A stretch of DNA of 64,000 nucleotides from an uncultured Chloroflexia bacterium. GTDB lineage: Bacteria > Chloroflexota > Limnocylindria > Limnocylindrales > CSP1-4. Under the pieces are notes generated by a model. That model had not been told where the DNA came from and ran no database searches. It saw only the letters and a list, made by a program, of their open reading frames with translations. The position numbers were made by a program, and so were the translations under genes. Location: NCBI GenBank assembly GCA_963833225.1, contig CAWHXD010000008.1:32001-96000 (forward strand), read 5' to 3'. Positions 29,461 to 41,135 of the stretch are shown piece after piece (position 1 is the first letter of the stretch; each line of letters opens with the position of its first letter).

Positions 29461-30621
29461 GTGCCCGGCGCTTCCACCTTCGAGGTCCTCGTCCCGCCGC
29501 CCGCGGACGGGTCGACGCGCGCCCGCCTGGGCCGCCTGCGGCTGCCGCACGGGATCGTCGACACGCCGCAGTTCATGCCCGTCGGGACCAACGCGACGGT
29601 CAAGGCGCTCCATCCGGACGAGGTGTCGGCCGCGGGCGCCTCGATCCTCCTCGCCAACACCTACCACCTCTACCTTCGGCCCGGCCACGAGCGGATCCGG
29701 GACCTCGGTGGCCTGCACGCGTTCATGGGCTGGAGCGGACCGATCCTGACGGACTCCGGCGGCTACCAGGTGGTGAGCCTGGGGGACCTGCGGGTGATCG
29801 ACGACGGGGGCGTGACCTTCAAGAGCCATCTCGACGGGACCACCCACCGGTTCACGCCGGAGCACTCGATCGCGGTCCAGGAGGCGCTTGGGCCGGACAT
29901 CGCGGTGGCGTTCGACCAGCCCGTGTTCCCGAGCTCGCCGCAGGCGGTGGTCGAGGATGCCATGCGCCGCACCCACCACTGGGCGGAGCGCTCGCTGGCC
30001 GCGCACACGCGGACGGACCAGGCCCTGTTCGGGATCGTCCAGGGAGGCCTCGATCCGGCGCTGCGCGAGGCGTCGGCGCGGTTCATCACCTCGCTGCCGT
30101 TCGACGGCATCAACATCGGCGGACTGGCGGGCGACGAGACACCCGACGAGCGGAACGCGACCCTCGACGAAACCATGCCCTTCCTCGACGACGACCCGCG
30201 GCCGCGCTATCTCATGGGTCTCGGGTCGCCGCTGGACCTGCTCGAGGCCGTGCACCGGGGCGTGGACCTGTTCAATTCGGTGCTGCCGGCGCGCGTCGCG
30301 CGGAACGGCCAGCTGTGGATCCCGGGCGCGCGTCTGAACCTGCGCAACACGCAGTACATGGACGATCCGCGACCGGTCCAGGAGGGCTGCCCATGCCCGC
30401 TGTGCACGCGGTTCTCGAGGGCGTATCTGAGCCACCTGTTCCGGGCCAGGGAGATGCTCGCGTACCGGCTGGCGACTTGTCACAACCTGACCTTCACCCT
30501 AGACTTCATGGCCAGGATCCGCGCTGCGCTGCGCTCTGGAACCTTCCCCGTCGAGATGGCCGAATTGCGCTCCCGCGCCGTTCGCATGAGTGGCGGTGAA
30601 GTGGGCGCAAAGTCGGCGTGA
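29461..30621 (+). CDS. tgt: tRNA-guanine transglycosylase
   Basis: [33 protein letters not shown] and zinc site CPCPLC..HN. The catalytic FD motif reads FN. Confidence 0.93.
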   Translation: MPGASTFEVLVPPPADGSTRARLGRLRLPHGIVDTPQFMPVGTNATVKALHPDEVSAAGASILLANTYHLYLRPGHERIRDLGGLHAFMGWSGPILTDSGGYQVVSLGDLRVIDDGGVTFKSHLDGTTHRFTPEHSIAVQEALGPDIAVAFDQPVFPSSPQAVVEDAMRRTHHWAERSLAAHTRTDQALFGIVQGGLDPALREASARFITSLPFDGINIGGLAGDETPDERNATLDETMPFLDDDPRPRYLMGLGSPLDLLEAVHRGVDLFNSVLPARVARNGQLWIPGARLNLRNTQYMDDPRPVQEGCPCPLCTRFSRAYLSHLFRAREMLAYRLATCHNLTFTLDFMARIRAALRSGTFPVEMAELRSRAVRMSGGEVGAKSA

Positions 30622-30663
30622 CATCCGGGTCGGTATCGTCAGCCACACATCGAGGTGGGGATT

Positions 30664-30825
30664 ATGGGATCTCGGGATCGCCCCTCCAAGGAAGCCAAGA
30701 AGAAGCCCAAGGAAAAGGCCTCCGGCCAACCCAAGCTCTCGTCGCTGTCCGACCTTCCGCAGCAGGCGGAAGTCATCAGGAAGCCACGCAAGCCGCGGTG
30801 GGACGAGGATTCGGGCGAAGGCTGA
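30664..30825 (+). CDS. Small Lys-rich hypothetical protein (53 aa)
   Basis: [61 protein letters not shown] upstream, AAG-rich coding-like codons. Below the ORF-track cutoff. Confidence 0.65.
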   Translation: MGSRDRPSKEAKKKPKEKASGQPKLSSLSDLPQQAEVIRKPRKPRWDEDSGEG

Positions 30826-30895
30826 CGCACCGGGCGGACGGGGACCGGGTCCCGCTCCGTCGGGTCGGCCGAGGCCGCCAGGAGCGAGGACGCAG

Positions 30896-31969
<1,074 letters not shown>

Positions 31970-31997
31970 GCTCGCCGGGATCGGCGACCCACCGCCG

Positions 31998-32630
31998 ATG
32001 GATGACGAGCCGCGAGCGCGGAACCCCGGTGCCCGGCCGCGGCCTCGGAAGCCCACCTTCGCGGAGCGGCGCGAGCGCCGCGCGGCCGTGGAGGACGTGG
32101 CGGAGGTGCTCGATGCCGCCGCGCGCTTCCTCGAGGCTCGGCCACGCGCGGTGGCGGAGGTGGAGCGCAAGCTCAGCGGCATGGGCTACCGGCCATCCCT
32201 GGTGAGCCTGGTGGTCGAGCGCTTGGTCGACCTCGGCTACCTCGACGACGAGGCATTCGCCCGCGCCTGGGTGGAGTCACGGGACCGGGCGAGCCCCCGC
32301 GGCGAGCACGCGCTGCGCCGAGAGCTCTCCCAACGCGGCGTGGACCGGACGCTCGTCGACGAGGTCCTCGACGGCCGGCGTGAGGACGCGGCGGGTCGCC
32401 TGGAGTCGCAGGGCCCCGACGAGGTCGCCGCGGAGCGGCTGCTTCGGAAGCGACTGCCCGCGATCCTGCGCGAGACGGACCCGCGCCGGCGGCGGCAGAA
32501 GGCGTATGCGCTGCTTGCCCGCGCTGGGTTCTCGCCGGATATCTGCGGGTCCGTGACCCGGGCCGTGCTCGCGGAGGCCGATGCGGACCCCGATCCGGGT
32601 GAAGACGACGGGGTCGCGGACGACGCCTGA
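31998..32630 (+). CDS. recX: Regulatory protein RecX
   Basis: GYLDDEAFA, RRELSQRGV and LARAGF; directly downstream of recA. Confidence 0.9.
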   Translation: MDDEPRARNPGARPRPRKPTFAERRERRAAVEDVAEVLDAAARFLEARPRAVAEVERKLSGMGYRPSLVSLVVERLVDLGYLDDEAFARAWVESRDRASPRGEHALRRELSQRGVDRTLVDEVLDGRREDAAGRLESQGPDEVAAERLLRKRLPAILRETDPRRRRQKAYALLARAGFSPDICGSVTRAVLAEADADPDPGEDDGVADDA

Positions 32631-32915
32631 CGGCCGACTGATGGTGATCCGCGAGCGCACGGGCGGCAGGTGGCGATGAGGACGGCACCATCCGCCCGAG
32701 CCCGATCGGGTTGCCCGGTGTAGGCTACTGCGCAACCGGACGCGGACCCTCGGGCCGCGATCCGGGCGAGCCGTGACACCGGTTGAGAGCCTTCTGGAGC
32801 CTGCATGGGCCCGTCGGCTCCCGAGCCCAAGCGAAGGCCGGTGTTCGCGTAGCCCGAGCCCGATTCCGGATCACGCGCCCGGCGCATTCATCCCGCCGGG
32901 TGGGAGGAACTGAAG

Positions 32916-34446
32916 ATGGAGTACGTCCTCGCCGTGGCGGCTGCAGTGGTCGCCGGCGCAGTGGGCGTCGTCGTGGGATTCGTCGCCCGCGGGACGCTGT
33001 CCAACCAGACGCTCAAGTCGGCCCAGGACAAGGCGGCGCGCATCGTGGCCGAGGCGCGCACGCAGCAGAAGGACATGATCCTCGAGGCCAAGGACGAGAA
33101 GCTGCGGCTGCAGCGCGAGGTCGAGGATGAGGCGCGCACGAAGCGCACGGAGCTCCAGAACCTCGAGCGCCGCCTGCTCACCCGGGACGAGCAGCTCGAC
33201 CAGCGTGCCGACACGCTGGAGGAGAAGAGCCAGAAGATCGTCGATCGCGAGCGTGACGTGGAACGCCAGCGGGGCGAGCTCGAGCGCCTCAGCCAGGATC
33301 GCCTCGCCGCCCTGGAGCGCGTGTCCGGCCTGTCCGCCGAGGACGCCAAGAGCATGCTCCTCGAAGCCATCCGCGAGGAGGCCGAGCACGACGCCGTGAA
33401 GCTGGCGCGGTCCATCGAGCGGCGTGCACGCGAGGAGGCCGGCGACAAGGCGCGCGAGATCATCGTGACCGCCATGCAGCGCGTGGCGGCAGACCACACG
33501 GCCGAGCACACGGTCACGGTCGTGCACCTGCCCAGCGACGAGATGAAGGGCCGGATCATCGGCCGCGAGGGGCGCAACATCCGCGCGCTCGAGCAGGCCA
33601 CGGGGATCGACCTGATCATCGACGACACGCCCGAGACCGTCGTCCTCTCCGGCTTCGACCCGGTCCGGCGCGAGGTCGCGAGGCTCGCGATCACCAAGCT
33701 CATCGCCGACGGCCGGATCCACCCCGGCCGGATCGAGGAGGTCGTCAACAAGGCGCGCGCGGAGGTCGACCTCGTCATCCGTCAGGCCGGCGAGCAGGCG
33801 GCCTACGACGCCGGCGTGCCCGGGCTGCCGCCCGACCTCCTCAAGCTGATCGGCCGCCTCAAGTACCGGACCAGCTACGGCCAGAGCGTGCTCGTGCACA
33901 GCGTGGAGACGTCGCTCCTGGCCGCGATCATCGCCGCGGAGATGGGTGCCGACGTGCAACGCGGCCAAGATCGGCGGCCTGCTCCACGACATGGGCAAGG
34001 CGGTGGACCACGAGGTCGAGGGGCCCCACGCGGCCATCGGCGCGGCCATCGCCCAGAAGAACAGCATGCCGTTCAAGGTCGTCAACGCGATCGCAGCGCA
34101 CCACCAGGAGGTGGAATACGCCTGCATCGAGGCCCCGATCGTCCAGATCGCCGACGCCATCTCGGCCTCCCGCCCCGGTGCCCGCGGCGAGACCATGGCC
34201 ACCTACGTCAAGCGCCTCGAGGACCTCCAGGCGATCGCCGAGAGCTTCACCGGCGTGGAGCGCTCGTTCGCCGTCCAGGCTGGCCGCGAGGTCCGGATCC
34301 TGGTCCGTCCGGAGGAGATCGACGACCTGACGGCCACCCGGCTGGCGCGCGACATCGTCAAGAAGATCGAGGACAACCTCACGTACCCGGGCCAGATCAA
34401 GGTGACGGTGATCCGCGAGACCCGCGCGGTCGAGTACGCGAAGTAG
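32916..34446 (+). CDS. rny: Ribonuclease Y (apparent +1 frameshift near 33957)
   Basis: N-terminal TM helix, coiled coil and KH domain ([14 protein letters not shown]). The HD domain ([23 protein letters not shown]) continues in another frame. Confidence 0.95.
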
Positions 34447-34461
34447 GGGGCGGGCTCGCGC

Positions 34462-35328
34462 ATGGCCAACCGCAACGAGCGAGCGGGGCTCGGCAACCCG
34501 CCCAACGGCAACGCGCCGCGACCGCCCGGGGCGTGCCGGGTGCTGATGATCGGCGACATCATCGGCAAGCCCGGGCGCGTGGCCATCGAGCAGGCACTGT
34601 CCGGGCCTGCGCGATGAGCGCGGCGTGGACTTCGTGACCGCCAACGGCGAGAACCTCGCGGGCGGCATGGGGCTGACGGTGAGCACGGCCGAGGCGCTGT
34701 TCGCCGCCGGGGTGGACGTCGTGACCTCCGGCAACCACATCTGGGACAAGCGCGAGATCTACCCGTTCCTGGACCAGAGCGACCGCGTGCTGCGTCCGCT
34801 CAACTACGGCACCCATGGCGTCCCGGGCCGTGGCTGGGGCACGTACGAGGCGCTCGACGGCTCCGAGCTCGCGGTCATCAACCTCCAGGGCCGGACGTTC
34901 ATGCAGCCCATCGACAACCCGTTCACGGAGGCGGACCGGCTGCTCGACGAGGCGTCGGAGCCGCTGCCGCCGATCCGCCTGGTGGACTTCCACTGCGAGA
35001 TCACGTCCGAGAAGAACGCCTTCGGCCTGTACCTCGACGGCCGCGTCTCGCGTCGTGGTCGGGACCCACACCCACGTCGTGACGGGCGACGAGCGCATCC
35101 TGCCCAAGGGCACCGCCTACCAGTCCGACCTCGGGATGACGGGCCCGCTGTGGAGCGTGATCGGGTTCAAGCCCGACACGGTCCTGCCCCGGTTCATCAA
35201 TGCGCTCCCCACCCGGTTCGAGGTGGGCGACGGGCCCGTGATCCTCAACGCGTGCCAGGTGGACATCGATCCCGGCGACCGGGCGGGCGCTCCAGATCGA
35301 GCGCATCAGCCGCCTCGTCGAGGTCTGA
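34462..35328 (+). CDS. ymdB: YmdB-like (TIGR00282) metallophosphoesterase, three apparent frameshifts
   Basis: [28 protein letters not shown] and DLGMTG spread over different frames; located after rny. Confidence 0.88.
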
Positions 35329-35330
35329 GG

Positions 35331-36262
35331 GTGGCCGCGCGCCACGCCGCGGCTTCCGACGGGGGACCGGTCGCCGCCGGAACCGCGGTTGCCGACGTGC
35401 ACACGCACACGACGCGATCCGACGGCCTGCTGGAGCCGGCGCGAGCTCGTGCCGCGAGGCCGCGGCTGCGGGCGTGCGCCTGTTCGCGATCGCCGACCAC
35501 GACAACCTCGCCGCCTACCGGGAGCTCACGGCACCGGGCGCCACACCGCTGCCCGAGGGCCTCGAGCTCGTCCCGGCCGTGGAGATCAACGCGGTCGCCG
35601 GGAGCCTGGCGATCGACCTGCCCGAGGGCGAGCTGCACGTCCTGGGCATCGGCGTGGATCCGTTCGACGATGCCTTCGAGGCGGCGATCGCCGCGCAGCG
35701 CACCGCGCGCCGCCGTCGGTTCAGCGCCGCCGTCGAGCGCCTGCGCGCGATCGACATGCCCGTGGACGAGCACCTCCCGCCGGGGGTCCTCGAGAGCGAC
35801 GACGCGCTCGGGCGCCCGACGCTTGCCCGGGCGCTGGTCGCTGCCGGCCACGCGGACAGCGTGGAGGACGCCTTCCGCCGCATCCTGGGCACCGGCCTGC
35901 CGGGCTACGTGCCGCGGACCGGCATGGACCCGGTGGAGGCGATCCGGGCAATCCGCGGGGCGGGTGGCCTGGCCTCGATCGCCCACTTCGCCGACGCGCC
36001 GCTGCACCTGGGACTGCTGCGCGAGCTGGTGGGACAGGGCCTCGATGGCCTGGAGACCCACCACCGGTCGTTCGAGGCCGAGACGCGTGCGGCCATGACA
36101 GCCGTGGCCCGGCTCCTGGGCCTGGTCGAGACCGGCGGCACGGACTACCACGGCGACACCGGCAGCTACGCGGAGGACCATGCCCGCCTGGTGATGCCGG
36201 ACGAGCTGGTCAGCGGCCTGCGCGCGGCCCTGGCCGACCGGGGCTGGCCGGCGCGACCGTGA
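35331..36262 (+). CDS. PHP-domain phosphoesterase (YciV/TrpH-like), frameshift near 35445
   Basis: DVHTHTTRSDG, IADHD, AVEIN, LHVLG, SIAH and TGGTDYHG. Confidence 0.85.
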
Positions 36263-36284
36263 TCCGCACTACCATCGGCGGGTC

Positions 36285-37946
36285 ATGACGTCCCGTCGCC
36301 TGCCCGTCCTCGATATCGCTCCGGCGCAACCGGCACCGGCCGCGCCGCGCGACCCGCTCACGCCCGACGACCAGCGCCTGGTGGAGTTCCGGCCCGAGCC
36401 GCGTGCCCTGCCGTCGTTCTTCGTCTGGACGCTCGGCTGCCAGATGAACAAGAGCGACTCGGAGGAGATGGCGGGGCGGCTGCTGACGGCCGGATGTGCC
36501 GAGGCGGCCTCGATGGAGTCGGCCGACCTCGTGGTCATCAACACCTGTGCGATCCGCGAGGCCGCGGAGGCAAAGGTCATCGGCCGCCAGGGCCATCTCG
36601 CCCGGCTCAAGTCGGCGAACCCCGCGCTGCGCGTGGTCGTGACCGGCTGCTCGGTCCGCGAGTCGAACCGTGACGGGCTCGCCCGCCGCTACCCGGCCGT
36701 GGACCTGTTCCTGCGGCCCGACGAGGAACCCGAGCTGGTGGACCGCCTGGGGCTCGCCTCGGCGCAGGCGCCGGTGGGGGCCATCGCCGACGACCGCGGC
36801 CACGACCCTCGTCAAGGGCACGGCCGTGTCCGACGCCACGTACCTCGTCCGGGCTCGCGCGGATGCGGTGGCGGGCGGCGCGGTGAGCCGAGGCTCGGCG
36901 ATCAGCGCCTGGCTGCCCATCATCTATGGCTGCGACAAGACCTGCACCTACTGCATCGTCCCGTTCAGCCGGGGCCCGGAGCGGAGCCGCCCGTTCGATG
37001 AGATCGTGGAGGAGGCCCGTGCGCTCGCCGCGGCCGGCTTTCGCGAGGTCACGCTGCTCGGCCAGAACGTCAACAGCTACGGTCACGATCTTGCCCCCGA
37101 GGAGCGCTTCGCCCACGTCTCGGTGGCGCGAACGGTCGGCCGGCGCCAGGATCGGGAGGCCCGACCGGATCTGGCCGAGCTGATCCGGGCCGTCGACGGG
37201 CTCCGCGCACCCGACGGCTCCCCGGCGATCCCGCGGCTGCGCTTCGTGACCTCCCACCCGTGGGACCTCTCCGACCGGCTGATCGAGGCCATGGCGGCCT
37301 GCCCGTCGGTCTGCGAGTCGCTCCACCTGCCGGTCCAGTCGGGCTCGGACGCGATGCTTCGCCGGATGGGCCGCCAGTACACGATCGATCACTACCTCGA
37401 GCGCATGGCGCGGATCCGCGAGGCGGTGCCCGGGGATCTCGCTGTCGACCGACGTGATCGTCGGCTTCTGCGGCGAGACCGAGTCCGAGTACGCCGATAC
37501 GCTTGCTCTGCTCCGGACGGTGCGCTTCGACCAGGTGTTCGCCGCCGCCTACAGCGAGCGCCCCGGGACGCCGGCGACGAAGCTTCGCTGACGACGTCCC
37601 CGCGGCGGAGAAGCGGCGCCGGCTGGTGGACCTGCTCGACGTCCAGGAGCGGATCGGGCTCGACCGCAACCGTGCCTGGCTCGGGCGAACCACCGAGGTC
37701 CTCGTGGACACGATCATCCCGCCGCGCTCGCACGACCACGACGACGAGGAGGAAGCGGCCGGCATCCCGGAGAGCCGGGACGCGTTCGCCCACCTGCCCG
37801 CCGGCGTCGTCCACCTGGCGGGGCGATCCCGGGAGAACAAGCTCGTCCACGTCGCCGGGCCGGCCGACCGGCTGGGAACGCTCGTGGGGGTCACCATCGA
37901 CCACGCCGGTCCGTACGCGCTCCGCGGCTCGCTCGCCGCCGGCTGA
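36285..37946 (+). CDS. miaB: tRNA methylthiotransferase MiaB (three apparent frameshifts)
   Basis: [24 protein letters not shown], radical [27 protein letters not shown] and TDVIVGF, with a TRAM-like end. Shifts near 36790, 37433 and 37585. Confidence 0.92.
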
Positions 37947-37955
37947 GCGACGTCC

Positions 37956-38891
37956 ATGACGCTCGCCCCGCTCGTCGTCATCGGCGGGCCGACCGCCACC
38001 GGCAAGACCGGGCTGGCCATCGGGATCGCTGAGCAGCTGCTGGCCCAGGGCATCGCGGCCGAGGTCGTCTCCGCGGATTCACGACAGGTGTACCGCGGCC
38101 TCGACATCGGCACGGCGAAGGCGACGGCCGAGGAGCGGGCGCGGGTCGTCCACCACGGCATCGATCTCGTCGACCCGGACCAGGCGTACTCGGTCGCCGA
38201 GTTCCGGACCCACGCGCTCGGCGCCCTCGCGGCGCTGGGAGCCCGCGGCGGGATCGGAATCCTCGCGGGGGGGACCGGCTTCTGGCTGCGCGCGGTCATG
38301 GCCGGCATCGACACCGACGCGCTTGCGTCCGATCCACGGGTCCGGCGCGGGATCGAGGCCATGCTGGCATCCGATGGGGTCGAGGCGGTCGCGTCGCGGC
38401 TGACCGCGATGGCACCCGCGCTGGCGGCGCGCACCGACCTCCGGAACCCCCGGCGCGTGGTCCGTGCGCTGGAGATCGCCACGCTCCGGGGTGATGCCCC
38501 GCTGCCGGACCGCGTCGGCTACCCGGCGCCGGTCCTGGGCCTGCAGCTCATCGTGGACCCGGCGGAGCACCATCGCCGGATCCTCCACCGGGCGCGCGCC
38601 CAGTTCGAGGCCGGGCTGGTCGAGGAGGCGAGACGCCTGCGCGAGCGCTACGACCCGGCGCTGCCGGCCTTCTCGGCGATCGGCTACCGCGAGAGCTGGG
38701 CGGTGCTCGACGGCGAGTGCACGCCCGAGGAGGCGATCGCCCGCGACGCCCGGCGCAACATCCAGTTCGCCAAGCGCCAGCGCACGTGGTTCCGCTCGGA
38801 GCCCGCGCTCGCGGTGGTGGACGCGACCGATGACCCGCAGGGCGAGGTGACGGGGGCGGTGGCGGCGTTCCTCGAACGCCTGCACGGCTGA
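37956..38891 (+). CDS. miaA: tRNA dimethylallyltransferase
   Basis: GPTATGKT, SADSRQVYRGLDIGTAK, AIGY and FAKRQRTWFR. Confidence 0.97.
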   Translation: MTLAPLVVIGGPTATGKTGLAIGIAEQLLAQGIAAEVVSADSRQVYRGLDIGTAKATAEERARVVHHGIDLVDPDQAYSVAEFRTHALGALAALGARGGIGILAGGTGFWLRAVMAGIDTDALASDPRVRRGIEAMLASDGVEAVASRLTAMAPALAARTDLRNPRRVVRALEIATLRGDAPLPDRVGYPAPVLGLQLIVDPAEHHRRILHRARAQFEAGLVEEARRLRERYDPALPAFSAIGYRESWAVLDGECTPEEAIARDARRNIQFAKRQRTWFRSEPALAVVDATDDPQGEVTGAVAAFLERLHG

Positions 38892-38940
38892 CGCCGCGGG
38901 TGCAGGGGGATGCGGGCGACGAGCCGGTATGCTGGCCGCG

Positions 38941-40257
38941 ATGAGCCCCCGAGACACGATCGACCTCGCGCCCCACGTCGAGAAGGCGTTCCTCGTCGCC
39001 GTGGACACCGGTGATGACGCCGGGTGGACGGCCGAGGACAGCCTGACCGAGCTGGCCGCGCTGGCCGCCACGGCCGGTGCCGATGTCGTGGGCGCCGAGT
39101 GGCAGAACCGCCGCCATGTCGACCCCAACTGGTACGTGGGCAAGGGCAAGGCCGAGGACCTGCTCCAGGCGAAGTCCGAGACCGGCTTCGACATCGTGGT
39201 GGCGGACGACGAGCTCAGCCCGGCGCAGCAGAAGACCCTGGAATCGCTGCTCAACGTCAAGGTCATCGATCGCAGCCGGCTGATCCTCGACATCTTCGCG
39301 CTTCACGCCCAGACGCACGAGGGGCGGCTCCAGGTGGAGCTTGCCCAGCTCGAGTACCAGCTGCCGCGCCTGACCCGGCTGTGGACGCACCTGTCGCGCA
39401 CCGGCGGTGGCATCGGGACCCGCGGACCCGGCGAGTCGCAGCTCGAGACGGACCGCCGCCTGATCCGGGAGCGGATCAAGAAGATGAAGGCCAAGGTGGA
39501 CGATGTCCGCCAGCAGCGGCAGACCACGGCCCGTGGTCGAGACCGCCGGCTGTACCCCACGGTGGCCATCGTGGGCTACACCAACGCCGGCAAGTCGACG
39601 CTCCTCAACGCGCTCGTTGGCTCCGTCGTGGCCAAGGCCGAGGACAAGCTGTTCGCGACCCTTGATCCCACCTCGCGCCAGGTCAAGCTGGGCGACGGCC
39701 AGACCGCCATCGTCACCGACACCGTCGGCTTCATCCACAAGCTGCCCCACCAGCTGGTGGATGCCTTCCGGGCGACCCTCGAGGAGGTCACCCGCGCCGA
39801 TGTCCTGGTCGAGGTGGTCGACGCCTCCGATGCCCATGCCGCGGAGCACCGAGCGACGGTCCAGGTCGTGCTCGACGAGCTGGGTGCCGGGGACAAGCCG
39901 CGGCTGACGGCATTCAACAAGGCGGACCTCCTGTTCCCGGGCACCGATGGCGATCGGCCGGCCCCCGCCGTCGCGGGCTCGGTGCTGGTCTCGGCAGCGA
40001 CGGGGTTCGGGCTCGACACGCTGCGCGCCGAGATCGCGGCGCTGCTCGCGTCGCTGTGGGAACCGGTGGACGTCGATGTCCCGTACGCGGCGGGAGAGCT
40101 GCTGGCCCGCGTCCGCGAGCGTGGCACCGTGGACCTCGAGTACGGCGAGCGGTCCGTGAAGGTCCGCGGTCGAATGGCCCCGTCGCTCGCCGGCGAGCTG
40201 CGCGCCGTCGCGGACCGCTGGGCGGAGACCCTGGCCGAGGAAGGCGTGGGGTCGTGA
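38941..40257 (+). CDS. hflX: GTPase HflX
   Basis: LILDIFA, RGPGE, GYTNAGKST, LFATLD, DTVGF and NKAD. Confidence 0.97.
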   Translation: MSPRDTIDLAPHVEKAFLVAVDTGDDAGWTAEDSLTELAALAATAGADVVGAEWQNRRHVDPNWYVGKGKAEDLLQAKSETGFDIVVADDELSPAQQKTLESLLNVKVIDRSRLILDIFALHAQTHEGRLQVELAQLEYQLPRLTRLWTHLSRTGGGIGTRGPGESQLETDRRLIRERIKKMKAKVDDVRQQRQTTARGRDRRLYPTVAIVGYTNAGKSTLLNALVGSVVAKAEDKLFATLDPTSRQVKLGDGQTAIVTDTVGFIHKLPHQLVDAFRATLEEVTRADVLVEVVDASDAHAAEHRATVQVVLDELGAGDKPRLTAFNKADLLFPGTDGDRPAPAVAGSVLVSAATGFGLDTLRAEIAALLASLWEPVDVDVPYAAGELLARVRERGTVDLEYGERSVKVRGRMAPSLAGELRAVADRWAETLAEEGVGS

Positions 40258-40853
40258 GCCCGCACCGCGGCGCACCCGTCCGTCGAGCGGGGACCGGCCG
40301 CCTGCCGGGAGGTCACCGGCTGACCTGGACCGTCGCCGACGGGCGCCGCGGGCGTCGGTGGCGCGCCACGACCACGAGTGCCGATGGCCGGCTGGTCGGG
40401 GCCCTGCTCGTGGAGGTTGGCACCGACGGAGCCCTGCGCAAGATCGAGGTGGCGTCACCGGCCGGCCTGCTGACGCTCCACCCGGAGGTGGGGGAGGGGA
40501 CCCTGCACGGCAACGTGGTCCGTCCCGCCGGGATCAGCCACGTCACCCTGCCGTGGACGGCACGGCACCTGCTGTTTGCCGGCAGCTCGCCCGTGACCGG
40601 GGCCGTTGCCGCGGCGCAGCTGGAACGCGAGCTCCCGGCAGGGCAGGGGAGCGCGATCCCGGCGGTCGAGATCGCGGACGACCTCTCGATCCGGCAGGCC
40701 ACCTGGCGCGTCGCCCGCGTGGGCGAGCGGCGCTGGCGCCTGCTGGCCGCCGACGGTGGTCCATCGGTGGCCGTCACGCTTGACGACGATGGCATCCCGA
40801 CCGCTCTCGAGGACGCGGAGACCTGGCCGCTGGAGGTCGATCAACCGGCCTGA
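40254..40853 (+). CDS. Hypothetical beta-rich protein
   Basis: GTGA overlap with the hflX stop and coding-like codon usage; no recognised motif. Confidence 0.6.
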   Translation: MSPHRGAPVRRAGTGRLPGGHRLTWTVADGRRGRRWRATTTSADGRLVGALLVEVGTDGALRKIEVASPAGLLTLHPEVGEGTLHGNVVRPAGISHVTLPWTARHLLFAGSSPVTGAVAAAQLERELPAGQGSAIPAVEIADDLSIRQATWRVARVGERRWRLLAADGGPSVAVTLDDDGIPTALEDAETWPLEVDQPA

Positions 40854-40863
40854 GCCACCCGCG

Positions 40864-40924
40864 CGTGGACAACCTGTGGACAAGCGCGCGATTTCCGAAC
40901 GCGACCCCTGCAAGTCGTGGATAA
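40864..40924 (-). promoter_or_regulatory. Cluster of three DnaA-box-like 9-mers
   Basis: Minus strand TTGTCCACG (40864-72), TTGTCCACA (40875-83) and TTATCCACG (40916-24). Confidence 0.65.
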
Positions 40925-40966
40925 CCCCGTTGCCGCGGCGCCCGGTCGCCGGATATTGTGGGTCTT

Positions 40967-41135
40967 GCCCGAAGGGGCGGACGAACCAGCGACGGACCCG
41001 CAGGTGCTTGCACAGGCGGGGACGAGACGAAACCGCAGGTGCTTGCACAGGCGGGGACGAAACGGGAACGCGGTTGCTTGCAGCAGCGGACTCGACGCCG
41101 GGGAGAAAGTTCCTTCGGGCGTTTCGCTGTCTCCC
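40967..41135 (+). ncRNA. Putative structured RNA with three CUUG-tetraloop hairpins
   Basis: TTGCCG-18nt-TATTGT promoter, repeated hairpins with covariation, and 9-bp complementarity between the 5' and 3' ends. Confidence 0.6.
40998..41090 (+). repeat. 28-bp direct repeat x2 plus a degenerate third copy
   Basis: CCGCAGGTGCTTGCACAGGCGGGGACGA at 40998 and 41033; CGCGGTTGCTTGCAGCAGCGGA at 41069. Confidence 0.95.

Noticed and set aside
30590-30895. N-terminal extensions of RecA (and similarly MutS2, HisB, HisG, EF-G2, CPBP) in the ORF track
   Set aside because: Low-complexity, non-homologous sequence; downstream starts have SD or stop-overlap support.
34625-36262. Apparent YmdB-PHP fusion ORF (545 aa)
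   Set aside because: Produced by frameshifts; ymdB has its own stop at 35328 and PHP its own start at 35331.
35331-36262. PHP gene as the missing histidinol-phosphatase
   Set aside because: It looks YciV/TrpH-like and sits in the rny-miaB cluster; nothing links it to His synthesis.
40860-40930. oriC
   Set aside because: Only three boxes, no AT-rich unwinding region and no dnaA/dnaN context.
40998-41090. CRISPR array interpretation of the 28-bp repeats
   Set aside because: Only 7-8 nt separate the repeats, there are just 2-3 units, and no cas genes are present.
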